From positions 51,555-115,554 of the IMG/VR virus record IMGVR_UViG_3300001683_000016: a stretch of DNA of 64,000 nucleotides, one strand, 5' to 3'. The position numbers and the translations under genes are program-made. The stretch comes from a virus. Numbering within the stretch: the first letter of the stretch is position 1; each line of letters opens with the position of its first letter. Below, one piece after another: positions 1 to 8,161 of the stretch. Under the pieces are notes generated by a model. That model was not told the DNA's origin. It did no database searches and saw nothing but the letters and a program-made list of their open reading frames with translations.

Positions 1-29
1 AGATATTTTTCAAAATAGAAGGTAAGTGA

Positions 30-257
30 ATGAGTGCTTTCACAAAATCTTGGCTATTTCTCAAAACCGAGCCAATTGATATGCAGCAAGGCTCAGATGG
101 AACTTGGCGTGCACCTCAGGAAGATATAACACCAGAAAAAAAATTGTGGCAACAAATCCAAGCAAGAAACGCACAGGCTAGGCAAAACTTGCAGAAACCT
201 GCACAAGTAGCACAACCTAAACCTACACCACAACCGGGGTATTCAGGATGGATGTAA
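30..257 (+). CDS. Small Q/P-rich protein with N-terminal AFxKSWxFLK tag (putative head-packaged cargo)
   Basis: 75-aa ORF; starts MSAFTKSWLFLK, like MVFNKSWNYLK at 259 and AFSLAWNLLK in 3138..3509. Confidence 0.6.
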   Translation: MSAFTKSWLFLKTEPIDMQQGSDGTWRAPQEDITPEKKLWQQIQARNAQARQNLQKPAQVAQPKPTPQPGYSGWM

Positions 258-258
258 A

Positions 259-3141
259 ATGGTATTCAATAAATCTTGGAACTATTTGAAATCAATAAGC
301 GATTGGTCGTCTACTGATAGTTTATATGGTAATGAGTATGAAGATGAACCTAGTATAGAAAGAAGAAATACTCCAACTATGGATAACTCGTATCAAAAAA
401 TCTTACCTCAAGATGACCCAAGATTAGATTATAGAACTGGTTGGAAAGGTGTAGAACCCGTTAGGGCTATTCGTGTACAATCAAATCATCGAAAGGCAGG
501 TCAACCCGTACCTCAAGACGGCTCTAATATAAATTATGAACAAGGTGACCCAAAGTTACCGCCAAAGATTCCTGAGATACCTGATGACGATGACCCTGTT
601 TGGGATGACCCCGACTCACGATGGAGTAAAGACCCCAAATCGGGTTCAAGATATTATATGTCGGGTAAATATGAAGATGGTAAGTATATTTCTCGTAAAA
701 ACAAGCATTTTGTTGATTTGAAAAATGCAAAGGCTGGAACTTGGGCTGCAAACAATACTGTTGGGGATATTAATAATTTATATACTCATAACCAACCTGA
801 TAAGTTGGTCTATATTCGTGGGAGTCCCGATAAATATGGTAAAGTACACAGAAGGGATAGTGACGAAGCGGATGAAGGTTTAGCAGAAATGTTTATCGAA
901 CATAAAAAAGATATTTCACCTGAAAACCTTGTTGAAGTACCGTTAAAGACTCATTATAGAAACCAAACAAAAGATATGGGTACTCCTGACCTTGGGCATA
1001 ATAGACGCTCAAAAAGTGATAAAAGCGGGCGAGTTAGTCGTTGGAGTGATAAACCTGTACCTTGGGGCTACAGCCACAAGAAAAAGGGCGAACCAATGGA
1101 CATAGCCTTCCAGTTGCTCAAGATGTCTGCTGATGAAGCAGATGAGTTGGAAGAGCAAATGCTTTCTGATATGGAAAGAGGGACCAGTAATCCACGCTCA
1201 CGAAGAAAACAGCGAAGTATGGGCGAAAGGGAATCAAAGGCATCTATCCATAATTTTCCCGGTTCATCATCTCGTAGAGAAATGTGGGATGAAAAGCAGA
1301 AAGAAAGAGACTGGGAACGATGGGGAAAGAGACATGCTGAAGATAAAGCAATTGCAGGAAAAGACCTACCCTCATATCATGGGTTTGGTAGCGATAGGCT
1401 AAGAGAAATCCATCCGGGTGATAGAGGGAACGATTTCTCATCTATGAAACCGGGAAAATATGAGTTTGACGGTGTAGGTAGGGAAGAAAGACCCATACCT
1501 TTTGAGCCGGGTGATAACCTTATGGAGTGGTTACAGCCCGGATACAACGAATCTAACAACCTAAGACTATTCAGGGATAAGGATGACTCTAAACATGAGT
1601 GGCAACCAAAACCGTGGACAACAAGTGGCCCTATCAATCATGTTCCCGAAACCCAAGAATGGGTAAACAACCCTTTTGATGAAGAACCAACTTTTCACGG
1701 GATACCATTCAATGAAGATACGGGTTTCACAACAGGTGAACCAATGGACATAGCCTTCCAGTTGCTCAAGGGAAAGACAAGGCAATCTACTCTTTGGGGT
1801 TACGACCCAAAAATGGTAGAGAACTTACTCGCAGAAGATAACAGTAATATTTTCATCGCCGCTAAACCCGGAAACGATGATATGCCCGATGATGAACAAA
1901 ATGAGCGTTCGGATAAAATGCTACAAGACCTCGCCGCACTCAAAGAGGAACATGGTCACTTCGATATAACCAGTGCCACAGGTAGAGCGCAGTGGGACGC
2001 AGAACCATCTTTCATGCTCACTAACGTGCCTGATAGTGCAAGGGATTCCATTAATGAGATAGCGGAAAGATACGGTCAGGAATCCATGGGAATCTCGGAA
2101 AAGGGGGAGAAAGGGGTGAACTACGTTACACCGGAGGGGGAGGTAAAGGACAAGTTCAGTAGTATGGAGATGCAGGAAAAACCGGAGTACTCTACAGATT
2201 TTCCGAGTAGTCAGAGGCTGGCTTTTACGGGTTGGCAGGAAGCAAATAAGGCTAATCCAATGCACATAGCCTTCCAGTTGCTCAAGGGTTGGGCAGGTGG
2301 TGTTAGAGGTATAGGTAATAATGCCACGGACAACATTTATCATTATCCACACGAATTAGATTACGGCGCGATAGACGAATATATGGGTGAGAATCCTGAT
2401 GCTACTCTCGGTAGTATGGTAACGCCGTATCTACAAGGACAGTTTACAAATAATCCTCCTCTCTTTCCAGAATTAAGCACAAATCCGCCAACCTATCAAA
2501 GTGAAAGACCTACTCAATTACAAAGCACAGTTCCGGCACCTTTTCCACAAACCCCCGAACAATCTAAAGGTGTTCAAAATCTCATTGATGATGGATTTGA
2601 AAACTATGAATCTAGAGATAGAACGAGAAAACCCCATTACGATAGCATGAATAATGCAGTCAGAGTATTATCTAGAAATTTAAGAAGAAACCCTGCATAC
2701 AATTTTACGCCGCCGGGACGATTACGAGGCACTAAGGGACAGGGCGGTAGAAGTAGGCAAATGCAGAACATGAAACTAAGAAGTTTGTTAGATACTCCTG
2801 TATCTCAAAGTATGGCAGAGATGAACATACCGAAACAAGGAATACCAATTGCGGCAGGCGAACCAATGAACATAGCCTTCCAATTGCTCAAAGAGCGCAA
2901 GTCACCAGCAGCATTTGCTCACAAGTTAGAGTATGACAAGCAATATCAAAAGACACCTAAGCGCGTAAAGTACCGTGAGCAATTAAACGCAGAGCGTAGG
3001 AAGCGTGGCATATACGGTAAGGGTGGTGCGGATGTTAGCCACACACAAGGTGGTAAACTCACTCTTGAAAGCGCACATGCTAATAGAGCAAGACATTTCA
3101 AAAACAAAGGCACTCTCCGCAGGGTCAAGGTGAAAAAATGA
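259..3141 (+). CDS. Modular putative polyprotein: five segments separated by GEPMDIAFQLLK tags; includes SAM-lyase-like and HNH-like modules
   Basis: 960-aa ORF; tag at 1087, 1735, 2251 and 2857; intervening segments show no mutual similarity. Confidence 0.75.
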   Translation: MVFNKSWNYLKSISDWSSTDSLYGNEYEDEPSIERRNTPTMDNSYQKILPQDDPRLDYRTGWKGVEPVRAIRVQSNHRKAGQPVPQDGSNINYEQGDPKLPPKIPEIPDDDDPVWDDPDSRWSKDPKSGSRYYMSGKYEDGKYISRKNKHFVDLKNAKAGTWAANNTVGDINNLYTHNQPDKLVYIRGSPDKYGKVHRRDSDEADEGLAEMFIEHKKDISPENLVEVPLKTHYRNQTKDMGTPDLGHNRRSKSDKSGRVSRWSDKPVPWGYSHKKKGEPMDIAFQLLKMSADEADELEEQMLSDMERGTSNPRSRRKQRSMGERESKASIHNFPGSSSRREMWDEKQKERDWERWGKRHAEDKAIAGKDLPSYHGFGSDRLREIHPGDRGNDFSSMKPGKYEFDGVGREERPIPFEPGDNLMEWLQPGYNESNNLRLFRDKDDSKHEWQPKPWTTSGPINHVPETQEWVNNPFDEEPTFHGIPFNEDTGFTTGEPMDIAFQLLKGKTRQSTLWGYDPKMVENLLAEDNSNIFIAAKPGNDDMPDDEQNERSDKMLQDLAALKEEHGHFDITSATGRAQWDAEPSFMLTNVPDSARDSINEIAERYGQESMGISEKGEKGVNYVTPEGEVKDKFSSMEMQEKPEYSTDFPSSQRLAFTGWQEANKANPMHIAFQLLKGWAGGVRGIGNNATDNIYHYPHELDYGAIDEYMGENPDATLGSMVTPYLQGQFTNNPPLFPELSTNPPTYQSERPTQLQSTVPAPFPQTPEQSKGVQNLIDDGFENYESRDRTRKPHYDSMNNAVRVLSRNLRRNPAYNFTPPGRLRGTKGQGGRSRQMQNMKLRSLLDTPVSQSMAEMNIPKQGIPIAAGEPMNIAFQLLKERKSPAAFAHKLEYDKQYQKTPKRVKYREQLNAERRKRGIYGKGGADVSHTQGGKLTLESAHANRARHFKNKGTLRRVKVKK
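1087..1122 (+). repeat. 36-nt in-frame tag repeat, copy 1 (GEPMDIAFQLLK)
   Basis: ggcgaaccaatggacatagccttccagttgctcaag. Confidence 0.95.
1735..1770 (+). repeat. 36-nt in-frame tag repeat, copy 2 (GEPMDIAFQLLK)
   Basis: ggtgaaccaatggacatagccttccagttgctcaag; 35/36 identical to copy 1. Confidence 0.95.
2251..2286 (+). repeat. 36-nt in-frame tag repeat, copy 3 (ANPMHIAFQLLK)
   Basis: gctaatccaatgcacatagccttccagttgctcaag. Confidence 0.95.
2857..2892 (+). repeat. 36-nt in-frame tag repeat, copy 4 (GEPMNIAFQLLK)
   Basis: ggcgaaccaatgaacatagccttccaattgctcaaa. Confidence 0.95.
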
Positions 3142-3509
3142 GTAATTATCCGTCATACCCAACGACACCTCCTAAAAAATGTGAATATTGTAATGGTGCT
3201 GGAATTATTGACCCTTATGGTGATGAAGAGGATGTGGCTCAGGCTGACCCAAGATATCCACATGAAACATGTTGGAAGTGCAAAGGAACAGGTATACAGA
3301 CAGAATGGTCATTTAACCCATATATGCCTTCTTTCCACCCCCCTTCTTTCCCCCCCCCTTCTTTCCACCCCCCTTCTTACCACGCCCCTCCCCCGTCCAA
3401 AATGGAATTAGGAGAGCCAACAATTAATTTTGACCCTGAATGGCAAGAAATGAATAAAAGTTCTAGTGTTGCATTTTCATTAGCGTGGAACTTACTTAAA
3501 TCAGAATAA
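3138..3509 (+). CDS. DnaJ-type zinc-finger protein with PPSFH repeats and C-terminal AFSLAWNLLK tag
   Basis: CEYCNGAG ... CWKCKGTG (two CxxCxGxG); ATG overlaps the previous stop (ATGA). Confidence 0.65.
   Translation: MSNYPSYPTTPPKKCEYCNGAGIIDPYGDEEDVAQADPRYPHETCWKCKGTGIQTEWSFNPYMPSFHPPSFPPPSFHPPSYHAPPPSKMELGEPTINFDPEWQEMNKSSSVAFSLAWNLLKSE
3327..3386 (+). repeat. 15-nt pyrimidine-rich tandem repeat x4 (ccttctttccacccc)
   Basis: Four adjacent near-identical units encoding PSFHP/PSFPP/PSFHP/PSYHA. Confidence 0.9.
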
Positions 3510-3510
3510 A

Positions 3511-3594
3511 CTGTCCGATAATTCCGATTGTACGTCTATACAAATATACATAATATTACTTGTATATAGACAATACATTAGATTATTCGGACAG
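3511..3594. other. Long imperfect inverted repeat in intergenic region
   Basis: ctgtccgataat...attattcggacag outer arms; gtctatacaa...ttgtatatagac inner arms. Confidence 0.7.
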
Positions 3595-3641
3595 CCAACC
3601 CTTAAGATGACCCCCACTGTGGGCTAACACGAGGTCACAGC

Positions 3642-4298
3642 ATGAGCAGAGATGTAGGGGATACAAACGAAATGAAAATGACAGGGTTGATTTTATCTCA
3701 ATCGGCCTTAGTTGGATTAGCAATAGGAGTATATAGTTCGGGTTTATGGATGCCCGCAGGTTCAAGTGCAAGTTCAACAATAGATGGTATGACTTATGCG
3801 ATGGGTGCGCTTGCAGTTCAAACAATAGCATATTATTTGTTTAAGATGTTCTTTGAACAGTCTATGAAAGAGAAAGTGGAAGTTGCAGAATTACAAAGAA
3901 ACAGGCAGAATATGTATAGACAGCAGCAAATGGGCTTTGACCAACGTAGAGTAGATTTAGAATTGAGACAAATGGAACTGCAATTAGAAAACGAATTACG
4001 TATGATGCATGAAGACCCTAACAGAGTATTAGATAATAATTTTAATAGCGGTGCAGTTAGTGCTGGTGTTCAAGGTGACTATCATAATACCTTCAACCCC
4101 GGACTTGTACCTGTGCATGGTGCAAAAAATGAGGTACCAATGAATCTTGGACTTACTAGTACACAGGAAGCAGTTGACTCAATGGCTCACTCCAATTTAC
4201 CGCCACGCAGTTTACCTATACCGCCAAGAGACGGACAACCTACAACACAGCGTTTGAAGAAAGATGGTACGCCGGATTTAAGATATAGAGCATCGTGA
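3642..4298 (+). CDS. Membrane protein: two TM helices, coiled coil, disordered tail
   Basis: Hydrophobic LILSQSALVGLAIGVY and MTYAMGALAVQTIAYYLF; heptad-like ELRQMELQLENEL; ends KKDGTPDLRY; gaggt RBS. Confidence 0.7.
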   Translation: MSRDVGDTNEMKMTGLILSQSALVGLAIGVYSSGLWMPAGSSASSTIDGMTYAMGALAVQTIAYYLFKMFFEQSMKEKVEVAELQRNRQNMYRQQQMGFDQRRVDLELRQMELQLENELRMMHEDPNRVLDNNFNSGAVSAGVQGDYHNTFNPGLVPVHGAKNEVPMNLGLTSTQEAVDSMAHSNLPPRSLPIPPRDGQPTTQRLKKDGTPDLRYRAS

Positions 4299-4309
4299 GG
4301 TAGACCGAT

Positions 4310-4597
4310 ATGGTACTACCCGGACAACTAATTCCCTCTCCGTTGCGTATATTTCGTAATATTGGTGATGATTCGGTCGAAGAAACTCTTAGAGCAATGC
4401 ATTTAGCAAATACTGTAGATAATACTTATGAATGGGGACTTGGTTGGATTAGAACAATAGTCGTATCTATTGTTGCTGTTATGTCTGTGTCTGCTATGGA
4501 AGCGAACTCAGATTGGAATCTTTGGGAATTAACAGTAGAATGGTGGTATCAAAAAGTAGCAGATTTTGGTTCTTGGATTACTAATAAGTTTAGTTGA
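4310..4597 (+). CDS. Small membrane protein
   Basis: WGLGWIRTIVVSIVAVMSVSAM TM segment and Trp-rich amphipathic C-terminus; gaggt RBS. Confidence 0.65.
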   Translation: MVLPGQLIPSPLRIFRNIGDDSVEETLRAMHLANTVDNTYEWGLGWIRTIVVSIVAVMSVSAMEANSDWNLWELTVEWWYQKVADFGSWITNKFS

Positions 4598-4608
4598 GTT
4601 GATGCTTA

Positions 4609-5325
4609 GTGGTCGCTGCGAGTGGTAGTGTATTAGTAGGCGTGGCCTTGTATGGTAAACAAGCATACAATAATTGGAAATCTCGAAGAGTAGGGATTTA
4701 TGGTGCAACTATGGTTGGTAAGACAACTTTAGACAAATATATGACTACTCCGGGCGAAATGGAAGAAATACCTGAACATGAAAGAACCACGCATTTTAAG
4801 TTGGTTACTCGCTATATACTTCCTAAACCTACTCGTAAAAGAGTTCGCTGGGAAGGTGAAAGGAGGGTTATTCATTCTGCCGACATAGGTGGCGAAGAGC
4901 GTTTTTGGAATCTTTGGATTGATGATATGGTAACTAGACAATGTGAATACGTTATATTCATGTTTGATGATAGAGCGTTTCAAGGAGGGGATGAGGCTTT
5001 ACAGCAAGTAGGAGGTTTTAGATTCTTAGTTGATAGTATAATAAATAGAAATTATAGGTATAGAAACTGGAAGAGTTGGAGAAGGGGTAAGAGGTATGTG
5101 CCTAAGATGATATTACTAGTTGCAAATAAAGCAGATAGATATTTTGATGCTAAAGCGGCACAGTTATGGAGAGAGGGTAGAATTGGAGAACATAAGATAT
5201 TTGACCCTTTTAGAGAAGACCTAATTAGATTACAAAAAGCAGGTGTACCAACGCGCCGTTCATTCATGGCAACACGTATAGGGTGGAACGTTGAGAACAC
5301 ATTATTAGAGATGATAGATTACTGA
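4609..5325 (+). CDS. Small Ras-superfamily (Arf/Rab-like) GTPase
   Basis: G1 GATMVGKTT, G2 Thr (ERTT), G3 DIGG, G4 NKAD; YVIFMFD strand; hydrophobic N-terminal helix. Confidence 0.85.
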   Translation: MVAASGSVLVGVALYGKQAYNNWKSRRVGIYGATMVGKTTLDKYMTTPGEMEEIPEHERTTHFKLVTRYILPKPTRKRVRWEGERRVIHSADIGGEERFWNLWIDDMVTRQCEYVIFMFDDRAFQGGDEALQQVGGFRFLVDSIINRNYRYRNWKSWRRGKRYVPKMILLVANKADRYFDAKAAQLWREGRIGEHKIFDPFREDLIRLQKAGVPTRRSFMATRIGWNVENTLLEMIDY

Positions 5326-5338
5326 CCTCAAAAGTGAC

Positions 5339-5348
5339 CTTTTTAATG
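5339..5348 (+). promoter_or_regulatory. Putative archaeal TATA box for a leaderless transcript starting near ATG 5369
   Basis: tttttaat about 26 nt upstream of the ATG of the AbrB-like gene. Confidence 0.35.
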
Positions 5349-5368
5349 TGGTAGGGTGTGGGAACGAC

Positions 5369-5548
5369 ATGGCGAAGGGGGCGACGACGACTGCATTAGT
5401 TTCCACAGGAGGCTCTAGTAATTCACTTAGAACTACTATACCTATGTGGATTGTGGAACAATTTGGTTTGTCTGCTGGCTCTAAAATAGAATGGACTTTA
5501 GAAGTTAAAAATGGGGAAATGTCTATTTCAGTATGCCCACAGGAGTGA
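5369..5548 (+). CDS. AbrB/MazE/SpoVT-type DNA-binding protein
   Basis: SLRTTIPMWIVEQFGLSAGSKIEW fits the swapped-hairpin pattern; ORF track starts at 5348, ATG 5369 preferred. Confidence 0.75.
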   Translation: MAKGATTTALVSTGGSSNSLRTTIPMWIVEQFGLSAGSKIEWTLEVKNGEMSISVCPQE

Positions 5549-6522
5549 TATATATGGTAATGGGTATGAATCCTTTTAATAATTCGCAACAACCAAATCT
5601 TGGGCAAGTAAACGACGCTACATTAATGGCATTATCTCAACAAGGAAATCCGAATTTCTCTCATGCTGCCCTATTAGAACAAGCATCAGCACAACAGCAA
5701 ATGCAAAGGATGGCAACAGAAAAAAATATAGAAGTACCTAAGGTAAACTTTTATCCTTCTCGTCATGCTAATCCATATAAAGCAAGAAAACAAGATATTA
5801 ATCAAGCATACAAACTCTTGGCTCCTACAAAACGTGCTTTTTTTGACCCTAGGAGATTATTTCGCCATAGTAAATATATGTATAATAAAGATACTGCTGT
5901 GTGTTGTGTAGATGGTTGTAATGTAAAACAATTAATACAACACGATAATCTGTATGCTAGAATAACTGATGAAGAAAGTGGTAGAACACTTTGGGATATG
6001 TATTGGCAGAATCCAGTTACTGGAGAGCCTGAAGCGTTTATTGCTAGAGAGGGCGTAACTAGCGGTCGTAAAATGAGGGCTACATATTGTCCTGAGCATT
6101 TACATTTGTATCATTTGTTATGTAGGTGGGAGGACCAACAAGATGTTGAAGATGAAATGAAACCTAGTCGCTTCCGTGATAAAATAAAAAGAGGAGTTAG
6201 TATAGTCACAGTACCGATATCCACTGTCACTGGTGTTGATACAGGACCATCTCACCCCATGATTACAAAATACGAAAGTTTCTTTGCTGAAATATCAGCA
6301 GATGCTAGAGGTAGTAACGGTATTAGTATGCAACATTATACTAATCCGGTTACTGGAGATAACGATATAACAACTATAACATTTGATATGAGAATGTTCC
6401 AAAAAGAATTAATGGAAATGAATCAGCCAAATCCAGCGTTTCAGGATATTCTAAACCAACAGGCTCAAGTTCTCGCCCCCGCTCCGACGATACCGGAAGC
6501 AGTAATGGAGGGTATGCAATGA
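5533..6522 (+). CDS. Hypothetical protein with Q-rich N-terminus and possible Zn ligands
   Basis: 329-aa ORF; CCVDGC ... YCPEH; true start probably at the later ATG after ggagtga. Confidence 0.6.
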   Translation: MPTGVIYMVMGMNPFNNSQQPNLGQVNDATLMALSQQGNPNFSHAALLEQASAQQQMQRMATEKNIEVPKVNFYPSRHANPYKARKQDINQAYKLLAPTKRAFFDPRRLFRHSKYMYNKDTAVCCVDGCNVKQLIQHDNLYARITDEESGRTLWDMYWQNPVTGEPEAFIAREGVTSGRKMRATYCPEHLHLYHLLCRWEDQQDVEDEMKPSRFRDKIKRGVSIVTVPISTVTGVDTGPSHPMITKYESFFAEISADARGSNGISMQHYTNPVTGDNDITTITFDMRMFQKELMEMNQPNPAFQDILNQQAQVLAPAPTIPEAVMEGMQ

Positions 6523-7172
6523 CTATGGGATGGAACAATCAACAACCTGCTTCTAATGCATTAAATCTTAGTCAAACGGGTGCACCGAGTATGCAATATG
6601 GTAGTCCACAACCTAATTATTTACCGCCACAACAAGGTTGGTATGGTCAACAACAACAACCTTCATTTTTTAATTCTATGTTTGCTGGTGCTACTGGACA
6701 AGACCCATATAATCAACAAGCGATATTACCTCCGAGTGAAACTGAGATTTTGATGACTATGTTGAATACCTCTTATCCGGTAGAAAGATTTCTTCAAAGT
6801 TCAATCTTCCCTATGTTATTAGAGGTTATTAGTCAAATTACTACATTTTCATTACTGAATGTAATTAAAAATGCAAGTTATAACTTTGATGAAGAGAATG
6901 GTGTTTTTACATTAGATACTGCTAGTTTACCAACTGAATTACAAACTATGAGTTCAGAAAATATAATGTCACAAATGAACTCTATGACTAATATGATTAA
7001 TCAAACAGTTTCAAATGCAGATACACAAAGACAGCAAACAATGCAAAATGCTCAACAAAGTATGTTACAAAGTCAATTGACTAATGCGCTTGCTGACCCC
7101 GGTATGTTAAATAATGTAGCACAAGGTAGTGGTACTTTCTTCCGTAATTTTATAACTGGGGGTAGAACATAA
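6519..7172 (+). CDS. Hypothetical Q/N/M-rich protein with coiled-coil C-terminal half
   Basis: 217-aa ORF, ATGA-coupled to the upstream gene. Confidence 0.6.
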   Translation: MTMGWNNQQPASNALNLSQTGAPSMQYGSPQPNYLPPQQGWYGQQQQPSFFNSMFAGATGQDPYNQQAILPPSETEILMTMLNTSYPVERFLQSSIFPMLLEVISQITTFSLLNVIKNASYNFDEENGVFTLDTASLPTELQTMSSENIMSQMNSMTNMINQTVSNADTQRQQTMQNAQQSMLQSQLTNALADPGMLNNVAQGSGTFFRNFITGGRT

Positions 7173-7441
7173 TGTTAGGTAGTAATGGTTCTAGTAATTT
7201 TGGTATGCCTGTACCAAAACAATTAGCAGATATGTCAATACATATGCTTGCTCCAAAGAGAGAAGTAATTGTAGATATGGTGATGGTACAATTAATTAGC
7301 GCTATACTTATTTTTATGGGTATTCTAATATTCAAAAATAACGATATTAACCAAGGGGAAATGTCTATGTATATGGTAGGAGTATTTTTATCCTTTATTC
7401 TCTTGACATCTATATATCAGCGAATAACGCGGTTTGTATAA
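7172..7441 (+). CDS. Small two-TM membrane protein
   Basis: MVMVQLISAILIFMGILIF and MYMVGVFLSFILLTSIY; TAATG coupling. Confidence 0.7.
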   Translation: MLGSNGSSNFGMPVPKQLADMSIHMLAPKREVIVDMVMVQLISAILIFMGILIFKNNDINQGEMSMYMVGVFLSFILLTSIYQRITRFV

Positions 7442-7459
7442 GCAAGGCTGATTAACCAT

Positions 7460-8161
7460 ATGGTATTCGGGTTATATATGGTTGAGCGAGAGCCAGTTAT
7501 GAAACGTTCCTGTGCTTTCTGTCAAAATGATGACAGAAAGGGTTTGGAAGAGACCATAAAAAATGGTGAATTATCTTGTGCTCAATTGGATAAAGATATG
7601 AGTTGGAGGGCCAATACCGCCGACCGTCATTATCGTAATCACATGGGTCAATATCACATGGCTGCAAACCCGTCTTGCCTTATTTGTTCAAGTGAGAACA
7701 GAGCAGAGTATGAAAGTAGATTCTTCTCTGATGGCACAGAATCTGAATTAATAGCAGAAGAATTAGAAATTAAAGAAACTACGGTATATCACCATATGAA
7801 ACATCACTTTCAGCCACTGGTTCAACGCTCGGCAGTAACCGAGGTTGCAATTACAGTTGGGAATGAAATAACTGTATTACGAAATAATGTTGAGAAACTT
7901 AATACTAAATTAGCAGAATTATTAGATGAAGGTAGTGTACACGAAGAGGGCTTTGTGAGAAATGCAGTAACTTTACATAAAGAAGTTAGAGAGTCAATAA
8001 AAGATTTAACTGGCTTCCAAGATAAATGGGGTACTACAACAGACGGTACACAAGTGAATCAAACTATTAATATACTCAAAATAGAATTAGCAAAAGAAAG
8101 TCCCGATAGTTGGAAGAGAATCAAAAGTAAGTTACAAGCGGAAATGGAGGAAGTTATATGA
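7460..8161 (+). CDS. Putative terminase small subunit / Zn-HTH DNA-binding protein
   Basis: Two tandem CxxC...HxxxH units (CAFC..HYRNH; CLIC..HMKHH) then a coiled coil; lies upstream of the large terminase. Confidence 0.5.
   Translation: MVFGLYMVEREPVMKRSCAFCQNDDRKGLEETIKNGELSCAQLDKDMSWRANTADRHYRNHMGQYHMAANPSCLICSSENRAEYESRFFSDGTESELIAEELEIKETTVYHHMKHHFQPLVQRSAVTEVAITVGNEITVLRNNVEKLNTKLAELLDEGSVHEEGFVRNAVTLHKEVRESIKDLTGFQDKWGTTTDGTQVNQTINILKIELAKESPDSWKRIKSKLQAEMEEVI

Noticed and set aside
1087-2892. 36-nt repeats as a CRISPR array
   Set aside because: Spacing is 516-648 nt, all copies are in frame inside one ORF, they are not palindromic, and no cas genes are present
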